Shown here piece by piece: positions 47,341-61,133 of a DNA stretch of 64,000 nucleotides. Each line of letters begins with the position of its first letter. The first letter of the stretch is position 1. The position numbers were made by a program, and so were the translations under genes. Source of the stretch: Pseudovirgaria hyperparasitica (Eukaryota); NCBI GenBank assembly GCA_010093815.1, contig ML996581.1; one strand, written 5' to 3'. Below the pieces are notes generated by a model. The model was not told the DNA's origin, did no database searches, and saw only the letters and a program-made list of their open reading frames with translations.

Positions 47341-50286
47341 TCTGGCTGGTAACAATACTTCAGAATATCTAATGGGTTAGATATGGATGGCAACAGTGCA
47401 AATTCGACTCGCGGCAGGGTTGCAGAGTGCCAATATATACCAAGCGCAACGGGAAGCTTGCGGCGTGCTTCGTGCCCCGAAGAGCGCCAACTATGGATCC
47501 TTCGCCGGCTAAGGAAGTAACGATTGCTTATATGGTTTCTGTTTCAGCGTCAGTTTAAGCTCCACGTTGTCAGAAGATCAGCCTCGAGTGGTATCTGGGA
47601 AGTACAGGCCACCGCGAATGACGTACATGGCAAATCCGTCGACTCCAAACTGTTGGGTGAAACAAAGCCAGATATATCGGCAATAGCAGAGTTGCCTGGC
47701 TGCGCGATCGGATAATTCGGCGAATAAGGATTTCCAAGTGGCTGAAGAAGCGCGTTGGAGGCCGTACACGGTTGACAAGAAAGGTCATACAACATGCGAG
47801 ACTGGCACAGACAGAGTTTATGAATATCCAATACCATGGAGACAGGCACAACGAGAAGAGTTTTTTTGCGCTGCGCTGCCCACAAGTCCGCTGTCAGGGT
47901 CTAAGAGCGGAGAGAGTGGAGGTGTAAAAGTGGAATGGACGGCACGTCGAAGAGGAAAATGTAGCGATCCACCCATCTCATCGTCTCTAACCTCGCATTG
48001 ACGTTAGTCCGGATGAAGTGGGTGCTTGTTTACCCACGGACGTGTGTGGGGTCCATGTTTACGGATGAATTCTGTCAATCGCGGCCTAGGGCCCAGTGAG
48101 AAAGGCCTTGATGATTGATACCACGGCCATGGCTCCCGAGGTCCTCCGTATCGACTTCGTCTCCAAATGTCGTCACTGCAGGCCAGACCTGGTCACTGAC
48201 AAGCAACACCAAGGGGTCTTGTCAGCGCCACAAGCGGCCGATAGCATGAGATACGATGCGATTGAGCGAAGATTGATGCGATTCAGAGAGGGTTTGGCGA
48301 TGCGGAGAATCCGATGGCGCCGCACGTGTTCGGCAAAAATAACAATGGTAATGATAATAATAGCAAACACTCGGTGATGGGTAGTAGCATAGGCCATTAT
48401 TATCATGAAATTCTCAGCTACTACGTCTGGAGTTTTTAGCCAATCATACAGCTGAATCTGACCCCGTGCACTCATCTTAGGGTCTCATTGCACGGCTATG
48501 AAGATCGAACGGCCCGCTATCCTGCGCGGGTGGCAGCATTAGGCCAATGAGAGCAGGCTATCTTAGATCCGGTAGCACACTAGCTACCTAGGTAGCCTCA
48601 GCTTGGGTCGTTAGACTCGCTTTTAGTTACTTATGTCATCAGCCTTCCGCTGAGGTAAAACTCATTAACCTAGACTACTGATTTCCGTATCCAGTCGTGC
48701 CTTAATGTCACATCGATCGTTCTCCGAAACTGGTGCCTTGGGGCAACATGTCGGCTACCCTAATCGGCCACTGACATATCCGTGTCACTTTCTTCAGCAG
48801 AATCAGCACTCGTCGTCCATGTTATTACCGTTGTACTTCGTACATTGATCCTATGAACACAGAGTACTAGACATTTACACCATTCACATCTTTACATTGT
48901 AACCAGCGTAGTTATTATTACTGCCACTAAATGAAGAAATTCGCTCCGCTGTCAAGACCCGCTTGCTATGACCACATCCATTGCCACGGAACACGATTAA
49001 ACCCGGCTTCACTGATACCCAGAAACATGCGGCAATTAATCTCCAAGTCTCAATTGGACTAAGTTAACGACCTAATTCTTAATGACTCAATGAGCTCATA
49101 TGCCGCATAGTGGAGCCATGAACTCCCAACGCACGCAACCTACTCATGCTTGCCAGCTATTATATATACATATTGTACATGCCAGTCGCTTTACGTGCAC
49201 AGGTTGGCCCATGCTCGCTAAACACCCACCATTGAAGTCCCTCCATCTCCCAAGAGCTCACCACGTGCTATCGGACAAGCAGCTCTACGATTACGAGTAG
49301 CTTCACCGAATGCCAGGTATAGTACAGCATTGACTTATCACGCAGAGACCTAGCGGACATACCCGATTATGGCTCAACCATGCTAATACTCACGAGGCAC
49401 AATATCACGTCCACCACTAGGGGCTTTCCGGCCAGACACGCAGCCTCGCCATGTCTTGTACGAGCTCTGTTACGTACGTGGACATAGACGCGTGACATAC
49501 GTTTTGCTTCCTGGTGACACGAGAGTTGACAGTGCTGCACTTGGACCCGGAATAGTGAGAGGCATATGTGTCGCATGTGTCGCTGTTGTCTGCTGCTATT
49601 ACGGGCTATCGTATCCGCACGAAGAGGTCGTCTTGAGGTAGTTGACATCGGGAAAGAGGAAAGATAGCAGAGAATTCGCGGTCCGTCAATGTCTAGTACC
49701 ATTGTCCAGCCTGTCCGCAACACAGCAGCTCGACTAGATGAGGTACGACTGTACAGTGGTATTCGTCAATACGCTCCCTTATCACAACAGTATCCGCCAT
49801 AACATTCCATACCATGTTAGACCATCATCTATTCTATCTACATAAAGACGTCCATGTCACATCTAGAGGGGGGCCCTATATATGCCTATAGTTCCCTGCT
49901 ATATAAATTCCAAGTAATCTATGGGAAGGCGCCCATAACCCAGCAGATCCCGAGTTCTGAGTGCAAATCCCCGAGAGTCGCAGGTCGGCACGGAAGGGAA
50001 GTGCCAAATAAACCAGACCAAACAGTATTCAAGTCCATGTTATGGAATAATTGTGAGACGCAGCTCTGCAGTATGGGAGACTGATAGAAGAAATAATCGT
50101 CTTCAAGATAGAAGGTAGCAAGCAAAATGTTAAGGGAGGCGAGATCTAGGCACGTTAGTACCAAACAGTGTGCGTGAATGTTGACGCGTGGTTATGGTGG
50201 TTAGGCGAAGAACAAGCTCATCGAACGCAATCCTAATGCCTCCACATAATTCAAGCTCGGTATCATACTTACGTTGTATACAGCTC

Positions 50287-53035
50287 TTACAGCGCACTCA
50301 AAACCGCCTGTACACCTACACTCCCGGCGTCCTCTCTCTTACTGATATAACCCCTCAATTCACCCCGCTCATCGCCTTTGACGCTCCTCAGCCTCTCTCT
50401 CAACGCATCTGGATTGATCACAAACAGATTCGCCACATCCACGAGCACATGCATCGCTTCCGCTCCCGGGGGTAGCTCGTCACCTAACGGCCAATCTCGT
50501 ACTGTATCTACATATTTCGTCACGTCCCTACTGAGTACCAGACCTCCTGTGAGACTGATTGTGAATCTTCGGAAATGTTCCAGAAGCAGCGAGCGCACGC
50601 CGATGACAAGCTCAGTGAGGAAGACAGACAGATTGCGACCGCTGAGGGCGGAGGTAGCAAGCAGGCTCGTCTTGCTGAGGAAGGTAGTGATTGCTTGGCA
50701 GGTAGTGGTTTCACTGCTAAGGGCAACCGCGACGGCGTCGTCGTCTTTGGGACGGAAGTCGTTCTTTTTTTGTTGGGCTAAGAGTTTGGTGATATAGTTG
50801 AGCGCGGAATCAATGGTCCGGTGAAGAATCGTGCTTATTTTCGACTCGAGTGTCGTGGTGGTGTTGAGCGTGTTTTTCTCGATATCGCGGCGGATCATGG
50901 TAGACGAGGAGGCGAGTGGGAGGAGAACGGTCTGAACGGAAGTGGATAGCAGGTGAAGGACGCCGATGGCCGAGCGAAGGGTGTTGAAATAGGAGTAGTC
51001 TGGGAGAGACTTGCTGGTTTCTTGGGCTAGTGCTTGTTCGGCGGCGCTGTATCATACTGTTAATTCTGAGATATGCTCGTTGAACTGCGCACTTACGCAT
51101 CGAGTGCTGTGTCAAGATAAATATCGCCCATATGGACCAATAGCAGATTCAGTAGTGCTTGCACATCTTTCGGTGTCTCGGGTCCGCCATGAGTGAGCTC
51201 CAGCCCTCTACCAACACCTTCCGCTAGCCACTTCAACATCCGTTTGGCGTTTGGTATGCTTAATGCCCCATCTTCCTCTGTGACATCAATTTCCTTCTTC
51301 TCGGTCTCTGCCTCTTTCACACCTGCTATACGTAAGAGCATGGCCTTTTGCGATGATGGTATCTCAGCAGAGTCCAGTCGTTCCATGTATGCGTCTCGGG
51401 CTGATGACAATAGTTCTTTGCCACGCTGACTAAAAGACGAGAACATTGTCGTCGGTGCCTTTCGTCTTTTGGAATGGTATACTGTAAACTTGAAGAGCAA
51501 AGACGAATATAATTCGTCCAGATTCTTCTTCTCCCGCTCTATGTAAGTCGTACCTACAAATGGAGGAACAAAGAGGTCTTCGAGCTGTTGGTCAAGAGTC
51601 GCAGCAATTTGAGACGTGGCTGGCTCGGGGTGCTCCGTCAAACCATGTGCCTTTAAGTCGTCTACTAGGCCCTGAGCGTATGACCTGGCTGACTGTAGCG
51701 ACCGCAGGAATGCTAACGATGATACCGAGTCGGCCTTTTCAAGAACCAATTCAAGTCTTTGTTGGATCTTTGTTAAGTCAGCTAGGAGTGGTATGTATAA
51801 TGCGAGGTACTAACCGATTGTTGAAACACTCTCTGTAAGAACCTGATCAAAACTTCATCGTAGAATGGAAAAGCGCGTTTGATGATAAAGGACTCTTCTT
51901 GGACCACAATTCTCACTTCGTCAATCAGTGTTTGCAAGCTCGGATCCACGCCAGGAGGCTCTGTGTCCGGATCCGCTAGGCTTGCCCACCTGAAAAGACA
52001 GTTAGTGGGGTCCTAAATGTAGTATCAGAGCTTGAGCTCACGCTTCATCATCCCCAGCAATCTCCTCAGTAATCAATTGACTTCTATCAATGAAGAACTG
52101 ATGCTGATTGACGAAGAGTGCCTTCACACTGGACCCGTCGCTAAAGTCTCTCAAGGCAATGGCACATTCCTTCATCCGCTCAAAATCTTGCCGTCGATAG
52201 AAGCCATCAAATTGCTTCAGAAGATCTGTCTCAAGTGATTCTAAGAATTTCTCGATGATTTCTCTCGTCCGATTCTTCGCTTGAGCTCCACTGCGTAGCA
52301 GAGAGCCATTCACACCTGTGCCATTGAATTGTGACGCAGGATCCCCGTCAAGGCGATGACTTATGCGTAACAGCTGTCTCGCCATGTTTGCAGCTTGTAC
52401 TGATCCTTCTCCCTTCCCCTTCTTGTCCTCTAACCTATTTAGATGTCCCTTTTCAGAGACATCAACCCAACAGTGTATCAGTTCTGCAGCGTCTTGCGCC
52501 CTTTGGCTCTGTCTGTTCAGCTCCTCAAGCTGTTCTCCTATCCTCAGGGCAGCATTACCCCCAGCATCGTCCACGTTTCCATTAAGCGAGCTGTCCAATG
52601 TATTGAAGTTCTCCACAGCCATGTCCAATTTCGATCCAAGCGTCTGTACAATACGACCATGCTCAGCTTCTGCTCTTCGAACAGACCCCGAAAGCTCGTT
52701 CTCTTTTTCTTCCAAGTCCTCTGAGAGACCTCCTAGTCGCGATAGTGCATGCTCGAATGTTCGAATCAGAGGCTTAGGGTCGAATGCCTGTTGTGCGACG
52801 CCCGGGCCGGAGCGTCTAGAGGCTGGTACAGCAGCATCAGACAGCGCTTCAATGAAGTCCTTTACTATGAAGTCTTTGTCCTATGTAGTGTGACTTAGTC
52901 TCTGCACCCTTGACGACGTCCAGAGAAACGTACCGAGAATGTCTCCAAGGTGAAGATAGGTCCTTTTTGACGAATTGAGCCCGTAAGAGTCGTTCCAGTG
53001 ATGATTGAGGCGGTATCGGCCGCTCCAGGAGCCAT
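50287..53035 (-). CDS. SEC10: Exocyst subunit Sec10 (exons 53035-52934, 52880-52042, 51989-51815, 51767-51097, 51046-50287)
   Basis: FDPKPLIRTFE, IEKFLESLETDLLKQFD, FVNQHQFFID, RVFQQSIQQRLE, QKKNDFRPKD; four GT-AG introns keep the frame. Confidence 0.95.
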
Positions 53036-53589
53036 TGTGGCCTGTTACCTTCCTGTCATTCCCGGGAGGTCAATTACCCACTGATTCAATGCGGAGAAGC
53101 GGGCGGAGAAGGTAGGGCTGTGAGCATTAATGTCGCAGTCTCTCAGAAGGTAGATCGAATGACTCCTGAGACCAGACAATAGTCTGTTGCTGGCTAGCTA
53201 CTCGATATATCCAGACACTGGGGCTCGTGCTGTATGGTTAGCGAACAGTAAATACAAGATTGGAGCTGCAGTATCCATCTCCACCCAAACATAGACCCTG
53301 GCGGCGCGTGGCATATGTGGCTGAATAGTGGCGGTGCGCACACCAAGCTTCAACTTCTAAGCAAACGTACGTCAACCCATACGATGATCAGGCTTCATGG
53401 CGAAGCTAAGTTACTTCATGCAGTTTCTATAAATACTGTAGACTCACTCAGAACACGCTCTATTTCAATGTCCTCTTTGACCTATATTCATCCTTCTATC
53501 TCATTTATTTGTTGATCTTGCGGGCTGGCCACTCGACCCACAAGTAATACCTTCCTACAGGATAACCATCTCCTCGTATACAGCATACC

Positions 53590-54661
53590 ATGGTGGCAGC
53601 AAAGGAAACCGCAGTCCTGCGCCGAAACGTCCATCCGGACGGCCGACCTCTCACTAAACATGACCGTGAGAATCTCCTCAAACCATACCTTCCTCCAGCC
53701 GCACCACAATCCATCTCTCACGCTCCGATTTCCTCGACGCGCCCAAAACGGTCCAAGCCAATGCGCTCATTCCTGAAGACGCAGCTCCACTTTCTCACAT
53801 TCACCCTCGTCCACTTCATATTCTCACTCTATATCCGCTTCCGCAAGGCCTACCACTCCGTCCTCGACCGCGTATGCGCTATCTTATACTACCACCATCG
53901 CACCCCCGAATACATCCATAAAGACGTAAAGCAACTATCTCGCCTCCCGGCACACCTGTCTGTAGTCCTTGAACTGGATGATGACGAACACTCAGGGGCT
54001 GGCCTGTCTAGCTTAGTGTCGGACCTCGCAGAGCTCGCAGCCTGGACTGCGTGCGCTGGCATTCCGTTGCTTAGCGTCTACGAGCCGAGCGGTGTCCTGA
54101 AGAACTACATTCCGCAAACGCATCGGAGTATCAGCGAGACATTGGCGTCGTATTACGGACCCTCGCACCCAGGCAAACCTACACTTTCCATACGTGCTCC
54201 GCACTTGCCTTCTTTCTCGCCTCCGACAACTCCCCCTGGCACCGCGGAATCCGGCGCCGAAGGATCCAGTCCGCCGCATTTGACGATTCTGCTACTCAGT
54301 GCGGAAGACGGCCGCAGTACACTTGTTGATCTGACAAAGACACTGGCTGAGATGGCTCAGCGGCAGAAGTTGAGCCCGGCGGATGTTAGTGCAGAGCTGA
54401 TCGATGCCGAAATTTCGGAGAGTGTAATGGGCGAGCCGGACTTGCTGGTATTGTTTGGACCACGAGTAATTTTGAAGGGTTATCCGCCGTGGCAGATGCG
54501 GTTGACGGAGATATTGTAAGTATAGTCATTCTTCTTGAGGCCCAGGGTATTTGCTAATGATAGTGCGTAGCCACGTTCCGGATAATGAGGGAGTTAATTA
54601 CCAAGTCTTTATCAGAGCGCTATTCCGTTATGCGAAGGCGCAGATGAGGTTTGGTAGGTAA
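53590..54661 (+). CDS. NUS1: Cis-prenyltransferase complex subunit Nus1 (intron 54516-54570)
   Basis: YHHRTPE.I..DV..L..LP.HLSV, GIP.LSVYE..G.LK, EPDLL..FGP...L.GYPPWQ.RLTEIFH, C-terminal RxG (MRFGR*). Confidence 0.95.
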
Positions 54662-54890
54662 GTCGGTGTCTGGTTCTCCGTATAGGGCTAGCGACGTACA
54701 GTCCTTCTAAACTATATATCCCGGATGGAGCAGGTCCGAAGTGTTTGAAGAGTAATATTGTAATAATTGAAAAGTGTGTGACATGTATGCACATATGTAG
54801 CCGCATAAATAACCAAGCACATCACGACCCAAGACGCCGTCTATAATCCACATGCAGCAATGTCAAACAATGTGCCGCCCATCTGCCCAT

Positions 54891-56250
54891 TCATGCACCA
54901 TTTTTCACGCCGTTATGACCGTTCACCGCAACCTCCAAGGCCTGCCTCACATCCGCCTCCAGATCCACAGCATCTTCAATCCCACAGCTTACTCGTACAA
55001 GATCATCCCATACACCTGCTGCCTCCCGAGCCTCACGGGGAATGCCTCCGTGCGTCATGCTGGCCGGCACTTCCACTAGACTCTCCACACCTCCCAGACT
55101 CTCTGCTAATGTAAAGATTTGCGTCGCCGCACAGAACCGCGCCGCGCCCTCGCTACCGCCACGAATCCGGAAGCTCAGCATGCCGCCGCCTAGACCATCG
55201 CGGTGTTGTTTAATTGCTATGGAACGCTGGGGGTGCGACGCCAGGCCGGGGTAGTTGACAGCCAATACGTGCGGGCTCTCACTGAGCAGTGTGGCAATGC
55301 GCAGCGCATTCTCGCTCGCAGCACGAGCACGGAGATGGAGGGTCTTCACGCCGCGATGAGCGAGCCAGCAGTCGAAGGCGGAGGGCACGGCGCCGATTGC
55401 GTTCTGCAGAAAGCTGAGTTGCTCGTACAGGACGGGGGAGTTGAGGGCGGCTACGCCCATAAGCACATCGGAGTGGCCGTTTATGTATTTTGTGACAGAG
55501 TGCACGACAATGTCGGCGCCAAGGTCGAGGGGCGTCTGTACATAGGGAGAGCAGAAGGTGTTGTCGACGACGACGTTGATGCCATGTTTGTGTGCTTCGG
55601 AGGAGACAGCGCGGATATCGACGAGGGACAGAGTTGGGTTGGAGGGCGACTCGATCCAGACGAGGGTTGTGGTGGGTCGAATGAGCTCTGTGAGAGAGGT
55701 ATGGAGATTGAGGGAGGGAGTGAAGGTTACAGTAACGCCATGCGCCGCGGCGACTTTTGTGAAGTAGCGGTGCGTGCCGCCGTAGACGTCTGAGACGGAG
55801 ATGACATGGGAGCCGGCTGCGAGTGATTGGAGAATATTAGCAGTGGTCGCACTGCCAGATGAAAAGGCGAGGGCATAGCGAGCGTGTTCGAGGGCAGCGA
55901 TGCTGGTTTCGAAATTGTCACTGTACAGAGTTGTGTTAGTCGTAATTATCAATCAAGTTTCCAGAATGGAGCAAGGACATACCGGTTGGGGTTAGAGCTT
56001 CGTGTGTATTCGTACGCGCCTACTGGCTGTCCGACGGTGGTCTGCGCAAAGGTCGTGGAAAGTGAGATCTGGTGGAGGGTCAGTGCCAATTTTCCTGGAG
56101 CGAATTATTCTTAGTGAAACTTACTGCCTCAATAACTGCACCTGTCACTGGGTCGTGGGGAGAGCCAGCATGGACAGCCAAAGTCCCGAATTGGTGTTTT
56201 GGCGTAGGTGCGCGTGGCGGTGTTTCGATGGGTGCGTCGGTCTGCGTCAT
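54891..56250 (-). CDS. CYS3: Cystathionine gamma-lyase (exons 56250-56125, 56068-55983, 55920-54891)
   Basis: FGTLAVHAG, YEYTRSSNPNR, IESPSNPTL, VDNTF, HSVTKYINGHSDV (PLP Lys), AESLGGVESL..P..MTH. Confidence 0.96.
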
Positions 56251-57253
56251 GGTGGTAAATGCAATCTATGTCGCAAAATAGTTCAGGAAAGAAGAAACAA
56301 TGCACAGAACTGGTAAAGAAGCTATGCTGGCGAGTGTGTACCTAGAGACGCATATATATATCACAATATGTAACAGAGGATTTGATTTATCACCAGCGCA
56401 GAGACAGGGCGGGGATACACATAATTTTTTGTCGATTTCTAAGACAAAAGTGTTAGGGTCGGCGTCCGACAAGGGTTAAGCTCCAATGACGCGATCGGAT
56501 TGGATGGCCGCTAAGCCGCGTGGAGCCGTACGGCCGCAGGTGACGATGATGATAAATGAATTATATGCCCTGCCCTGCGACCAAAGCAATAATTGTCCTT
56601 CTAGTTTGTTCTCCATTGCCCGTGTCATCAGGTACAGCCATCATTCTATGATAAGTGACGAAAAGAAGGAACTCGTCACCTACTATCAAACCGATAATGC
56701 TGTTCTGAGCAGTCCCCAATGCCTATGACAACATATACTACACGGCGGATTCGATGATAACGCGAACTTGGAATCGTGATCACAAAAAACGGTGTTATCA
56801 TTGTACGTCTTGCGATTTACAACGAGACTACACCACATATACTTGAAGCTGAGACGTGTTGTAACCGAGACGATTTCCCCTGACGATCATGCCCGTGAGA
56901 CAGCCTGGGAGATCGTAATTTCAGTCATGGTCATGTCGTCATACGTGTCATTCGTTTGCGACCCCGCCGATATCATCATCACTTTCATTCACGTGCAGGA
57001 AAATCGAAGTGCAGTAGGATAGTATGCAAACTCTATTGTATTGCTACAGGCACATCCAGGGTACCATGCCTAGCGAATAGGAATTACTGCGGAACGCATG
57101 GTTACATATGTGCCACATAAGAGATCAGACCCGCCGATTACTGTCGTGCTTTTGCGCAACGATGCTTGACCTAATGAGACGCCCCAGCATCGTTAATATG
57201 CACATTGAATGAGATGCTCCTATAATCTCGACCCTCAACCTATGGTCTGGCGT

Positions 57254-57802
57254 TTAAGCAAACATCATAGCAGCCACAACTGCAACGAGGCCAAATGCAC
57301 TGGCCTTCACGCTGGTAGCAGCTCCAGTGGGTGATGGCGTTGGGCTTGGGACAACGCTGGAGACGGCAGAGGGTACTACGATGCTCGGTACGGCAGATGG
57401 GACGACCGGTGGCTGGGTCTCAATCAACAGCGTCGTTGGAGCTTGAGGCTGGCCATCAGATATCTGGCTAATGACTGGAGCGCTGCTCGGTGCCTGGGGC
57501 TGACCATCGGAGATCTGGGAAACTGGTGGAGCTGGAGTAGGTGCTTGAGGTTGACCATCAGAGATCTGGGTAATAACTGGGGCAGACGGAGCGAGGGTAG
57601 GCGCTTGAGGTTGACCGTCAGAGATCTGAGTGACGACGGGAGGAGCGTAGGTTGGGGCTTGAGGCTGGCCGTCTGAGATTTGAGATACAACGTAACCTTG
57701 AGGTACGGTATCTTCGAGGAAGTAGTTGGAGTCCTGACCGCGCGGATTGAGAGCATGCGAGGAGGCGGCGATGGCGACGAGGAGAGCGATTGAGGTACGC
57801 AT
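57254..57802 (-). CDS. Secreted PIR-repeat cell-wall protein with probable GPI signal
   Basis: Signal peptide, five QISDGQPQA repeats, Ser/Thr/Pro tail, hydrophobic C-terminus after TGAA. Confidence 0.9.
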   Translation of the reverse strand: MRTSIALLVAIAASSHALNPRGQDSNYFLEDTVPQGYVVSQISDGQPQAPTYAPPVVTQISDGQPQAPTLAPSAPVITQISDGQPQAPTPAPPVSQISDGQPQAPSSAPVISQISDGQPQAPTTLLIETQPPVVPSAVPSIVVPSAVSSVVPSPTPSPTGAATSVKASAFGLVAVVAAMMFA

Positions 57803-59843
57803 GTTGACTGGTGTATTGGCGTGTATCTGGTGGATGGTAGTATTTCGGGGTCTATGGTAGGTAGTTGATGAGGTTGGAAAGGAGAATGCAACGAAAAGTG
57901 TGTGGTTAAATAACGACTGTGATACCAGCTCTCAAACGAATGTAGTGGCAGGATAGGTTAGAGGATGAAACAGAAACAGAAGGTAGGAAACATCAAGGCT
58001 GGGGAGACAGCAAAATATAGGATCTCCTGAAGAGTGTGAGTGGGTCAGCGTGCGTTTGTTGCACATGTATGGCCATATTGTCGGTAGCCATGACCACGAC
58101 CGGGAGCCAAAGCAACACAATGCAAAGCAGAAAAAACCTTCTGCCTTTCCCAATCAAGGACAACGCTGACACTGATTGTGGACGCAGCAGGTCAAAGTGT
58201 GTTTCAAAGTGAATGCGCATCGGGTAACGATCATAGCTTCAGTCTGGAATGGAGTACTGATTGGCTACAGAGACCCCTATCGATACCAAACTCCACCAGG
58301 TCCCCGACTAGCTGTCGGGCGCCGTCGGAGGAAGCCCTGGCCCCTGGCATTAGTCGCGCAGGCGGCGTCCATCAAAAAAATTCAAAACCCCCTAACCTCC
58401 ACCTTCCTTGCGGGGACGTCTCTCACATGGTAGACAACTGTGTAGGACTTATATTAGAATTATACAAGCTTTTGGGACGTCATAGTGGCAGTAGGTATGG
58501 TCCGTGTCACAGCGCTACGCCTCAAACCGATGTGACAGTGACTGCCTTGGTCTGTACTTTGTACCTTCTCGCTCGCAACCAACAGCCTATGAACGATTGA
58601 CGGAATGGCTTGGCCGTGCCAAAGATACCTATGCACCATGAGGTAAGGACGCAGTCGCACCACCGCTTCCCCACTCCGCCACGCCATCACTCCACCATCC
58701 ATCCAGACTCGAACTGGAACATTCGCTGGAAATCATCTCGTCTCGCTCTCTGCCTGTCTCTCTTATTGTCTTTCTCGTTCTCTAGCCTTCGCCACCTGTC
58801 ACCTAGCCTTCCTTGCTCGGATTACCTTTCTAATACAGTGACACCCGAAATCTGACAGGCCATCATGCAGTAATGCTGTATATTGCCAATAGTCTCCTCG
58901 TCCTCGCCAATCGATACTGACAATGCTGACATGGGAATCCCTTTACGCTTGTCTGATAACGCTATGTGGCCACCCATGTTAACATTATGCAGGTGCTATT
59001 CAAAGTTAAGACGTCATGATCGTTTTGATCCTCAAGCGAAATTTGAATTCTGATGGTTCTATGAACGTAACGGGCACCCGAGTCTATAAGGGATCTCGGG
59101 GTATTGTACGGTAGAGAGGAATATTCTCCTTCGTCACTGCTACGACAAACCGCCACTACTGTTTCTTCTTAAATCCATGGACGACATTATATTATCAACC
59201 AATTGCCACGTCAACATGTGACTGTTAATGCCCGGTCGATTGCGTCGGACATTTGGGACCTTTATAAGCGCCCTGGGGAAAGACTTATATGACCTAGCAC
59301 ATGTCATTATTTGTACATTAACGCAGAACGGATTCTCACCCCTATACTAATAACAGCGTAGTGATATAAGAATCTGTAAATCTACAACTTCATCCCTGCT
59401 TCAGTCAGTCGTAGCACCAATAGTAATAGAGCGAGATAACAGTAAAGGCCATGCCGAAGGTAGTCGTGGCAAGCAACGCGAAGGAAGAGAGTAGTGGGGA
59501 CCTCATGCTCCACAGTCCGGATTGACAAATTTGACGTATTGTTTGGTGGTGATTGTGACTTCTACCTTATTGTAGGTGGGCGTGAGTCGGCTTTCGTATT
59601 GTCAATCAATAGATGGTGGTGCCAATAACTTAGCAGAAGTATCTGTTAGGATCGATTAATCGAATAATTGCTCTAATCAGATTAAATCAACACAAATAAC
59701 GAAGCATTATTCATTGGTCGCTCATTGGGCTTCCTTCACTAAGCTTCCTGTGTATGCCTTGATTAGTACCTCGAACATCACATCACGAATCAGCATAACC
59801 ATGATTAAAGAAGGATATAGTTTCAAATATACGTGATTCGAAC

Positions 59844-59962
59844 ACATTCGGCCATACCAACCAGAAAGCAAGCGGTCCCGTTCGCTCCCGCCTATTTAAG
59901 CTGGTTAGGGGTGGATTAGTAGTTAGGTGGGTGACCACTAGCGAATACCCACTGCTGAATGT
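59844..59962 (+). rRNA. Dispersed 5S rRNA gene
   Basis: 119 nt; helix I ACATTCGGC/GCTGAATGT; CCCGTTCGCTC loop; TAGTAGTTAGGTGGGTGACCACTAGCGAA; followed by T-runs; TATA at 59816 (about -28). Confidence 0.95.
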
Positions 59963-61133
59963 TTTACATTTTTGGAACGTTCTAATGCCCACTAATCACT
60001 TCATCATACACCCGTCGTGTTGTTCTCTCCATGTATGACTGACTATTACATCGATTATAATGATCATGGGTTGAATATATGTTTTCTTACCGAATTTACC
60101 ATGTTTGCATTGTCCAACCATGCTTTAGTATTTTACTCTACTGATATATGCAAATGTCTCTCGGCTACATGTCCGGTCGTTAATCAATAGTTGAAAAATA
60201 GTTATAGGTAATGGTTATCTGCATGTAGCAATGCTATCTAGCTGAAAGTGTACTGTGCAAAGTTAGCCTGTAAGGCGCGGTTAAGGGGAGTGTTAAGTAC
60301 TATAAGACAGTCTTTGGAACAGGTCTCGGTATCTCCAATTGTAGTTCTGATATATGTTTTTGATATGTCTTGACTAGCTCTTGTGAAAGCTCGAGCGTCT
60401 ACCTATGTACTTCCACCCTGGACCCATAAGACAACACTGTTAACTGTTTCGTCCTCAGCCGTTATTTAATGCGGTGCAAATATCCTGCTGTCGATTGCTG
60501 TCTCGATACAATTCTATTATAATCACTGGTGTCAGCAATCATGTGAAAATCTAGGTGATCTTTACATAAGATGGCTGTATTGGGGAATAGCCCCTTACGT
60601 CTTCGGGACATGATAGGATGAGGAAATACGTGGAACGGCCACTGTGATGTTCTCGATGAACTGTGCCGTGCCCAGGCAACCCGACGGTTACGTGCAAGTT
60701 TCTAGACCGAAGGAGTTCTGTTTGCAGAGTATCGCCAAGGTTCTCCACTACTAAAGCTGTAGATGGCCCAGTGCTCCTGTCGAACCCGACAAAGTGCAAC
60801 ATGTACCGCACAGGAAGGAGGCATTTGATGTGCTGTACCATGACGCTTTTTTTGATCTCTGGCAGTTGCTACTCGACTCGGGAAAATGCGTTCCCTCAGA
60901 TGACCACCACTACCCCTGTGCTTGTTCATGCTTCCTTTCACGCCCGCCGCAGGGTCTATCAACAATGTAATGTTTTGTTCACCGCACAATTCACCAACCC
61001 ACAGTGTTTGACCTGGCATACGTATTCCTATAGAACGAACCACGTCATGAGCTTGTATGTCGCCTCCCCAGGCCTGATTACGAAATCCTTCCCAGGTCAT
61101 CGAAAGGAGTCGTGAGTCCAGAGCCCAGCCATC

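Noticed and set aside
48583..48596. Perfect 14-bp palindrome GCTACCTAGGTAGC
   Set aside because: Isolated, with no associated element or second copy; a few palindromes of this length are expected by chance in 64 kb.
41976..56250. Cysteine synthase 2 and CYS3 as a sulfur gene cluster
   Set aside because: Separated by about 11.6 kb containing unrelated genes (transporter, SEC10, NUS1); no evidence of co-regulation.
60551..61115. Short overlapping ORFs, one with a kinase-like LVVENLG stretch
   Set aside because: No other kinase motifs or coherent exon chain.
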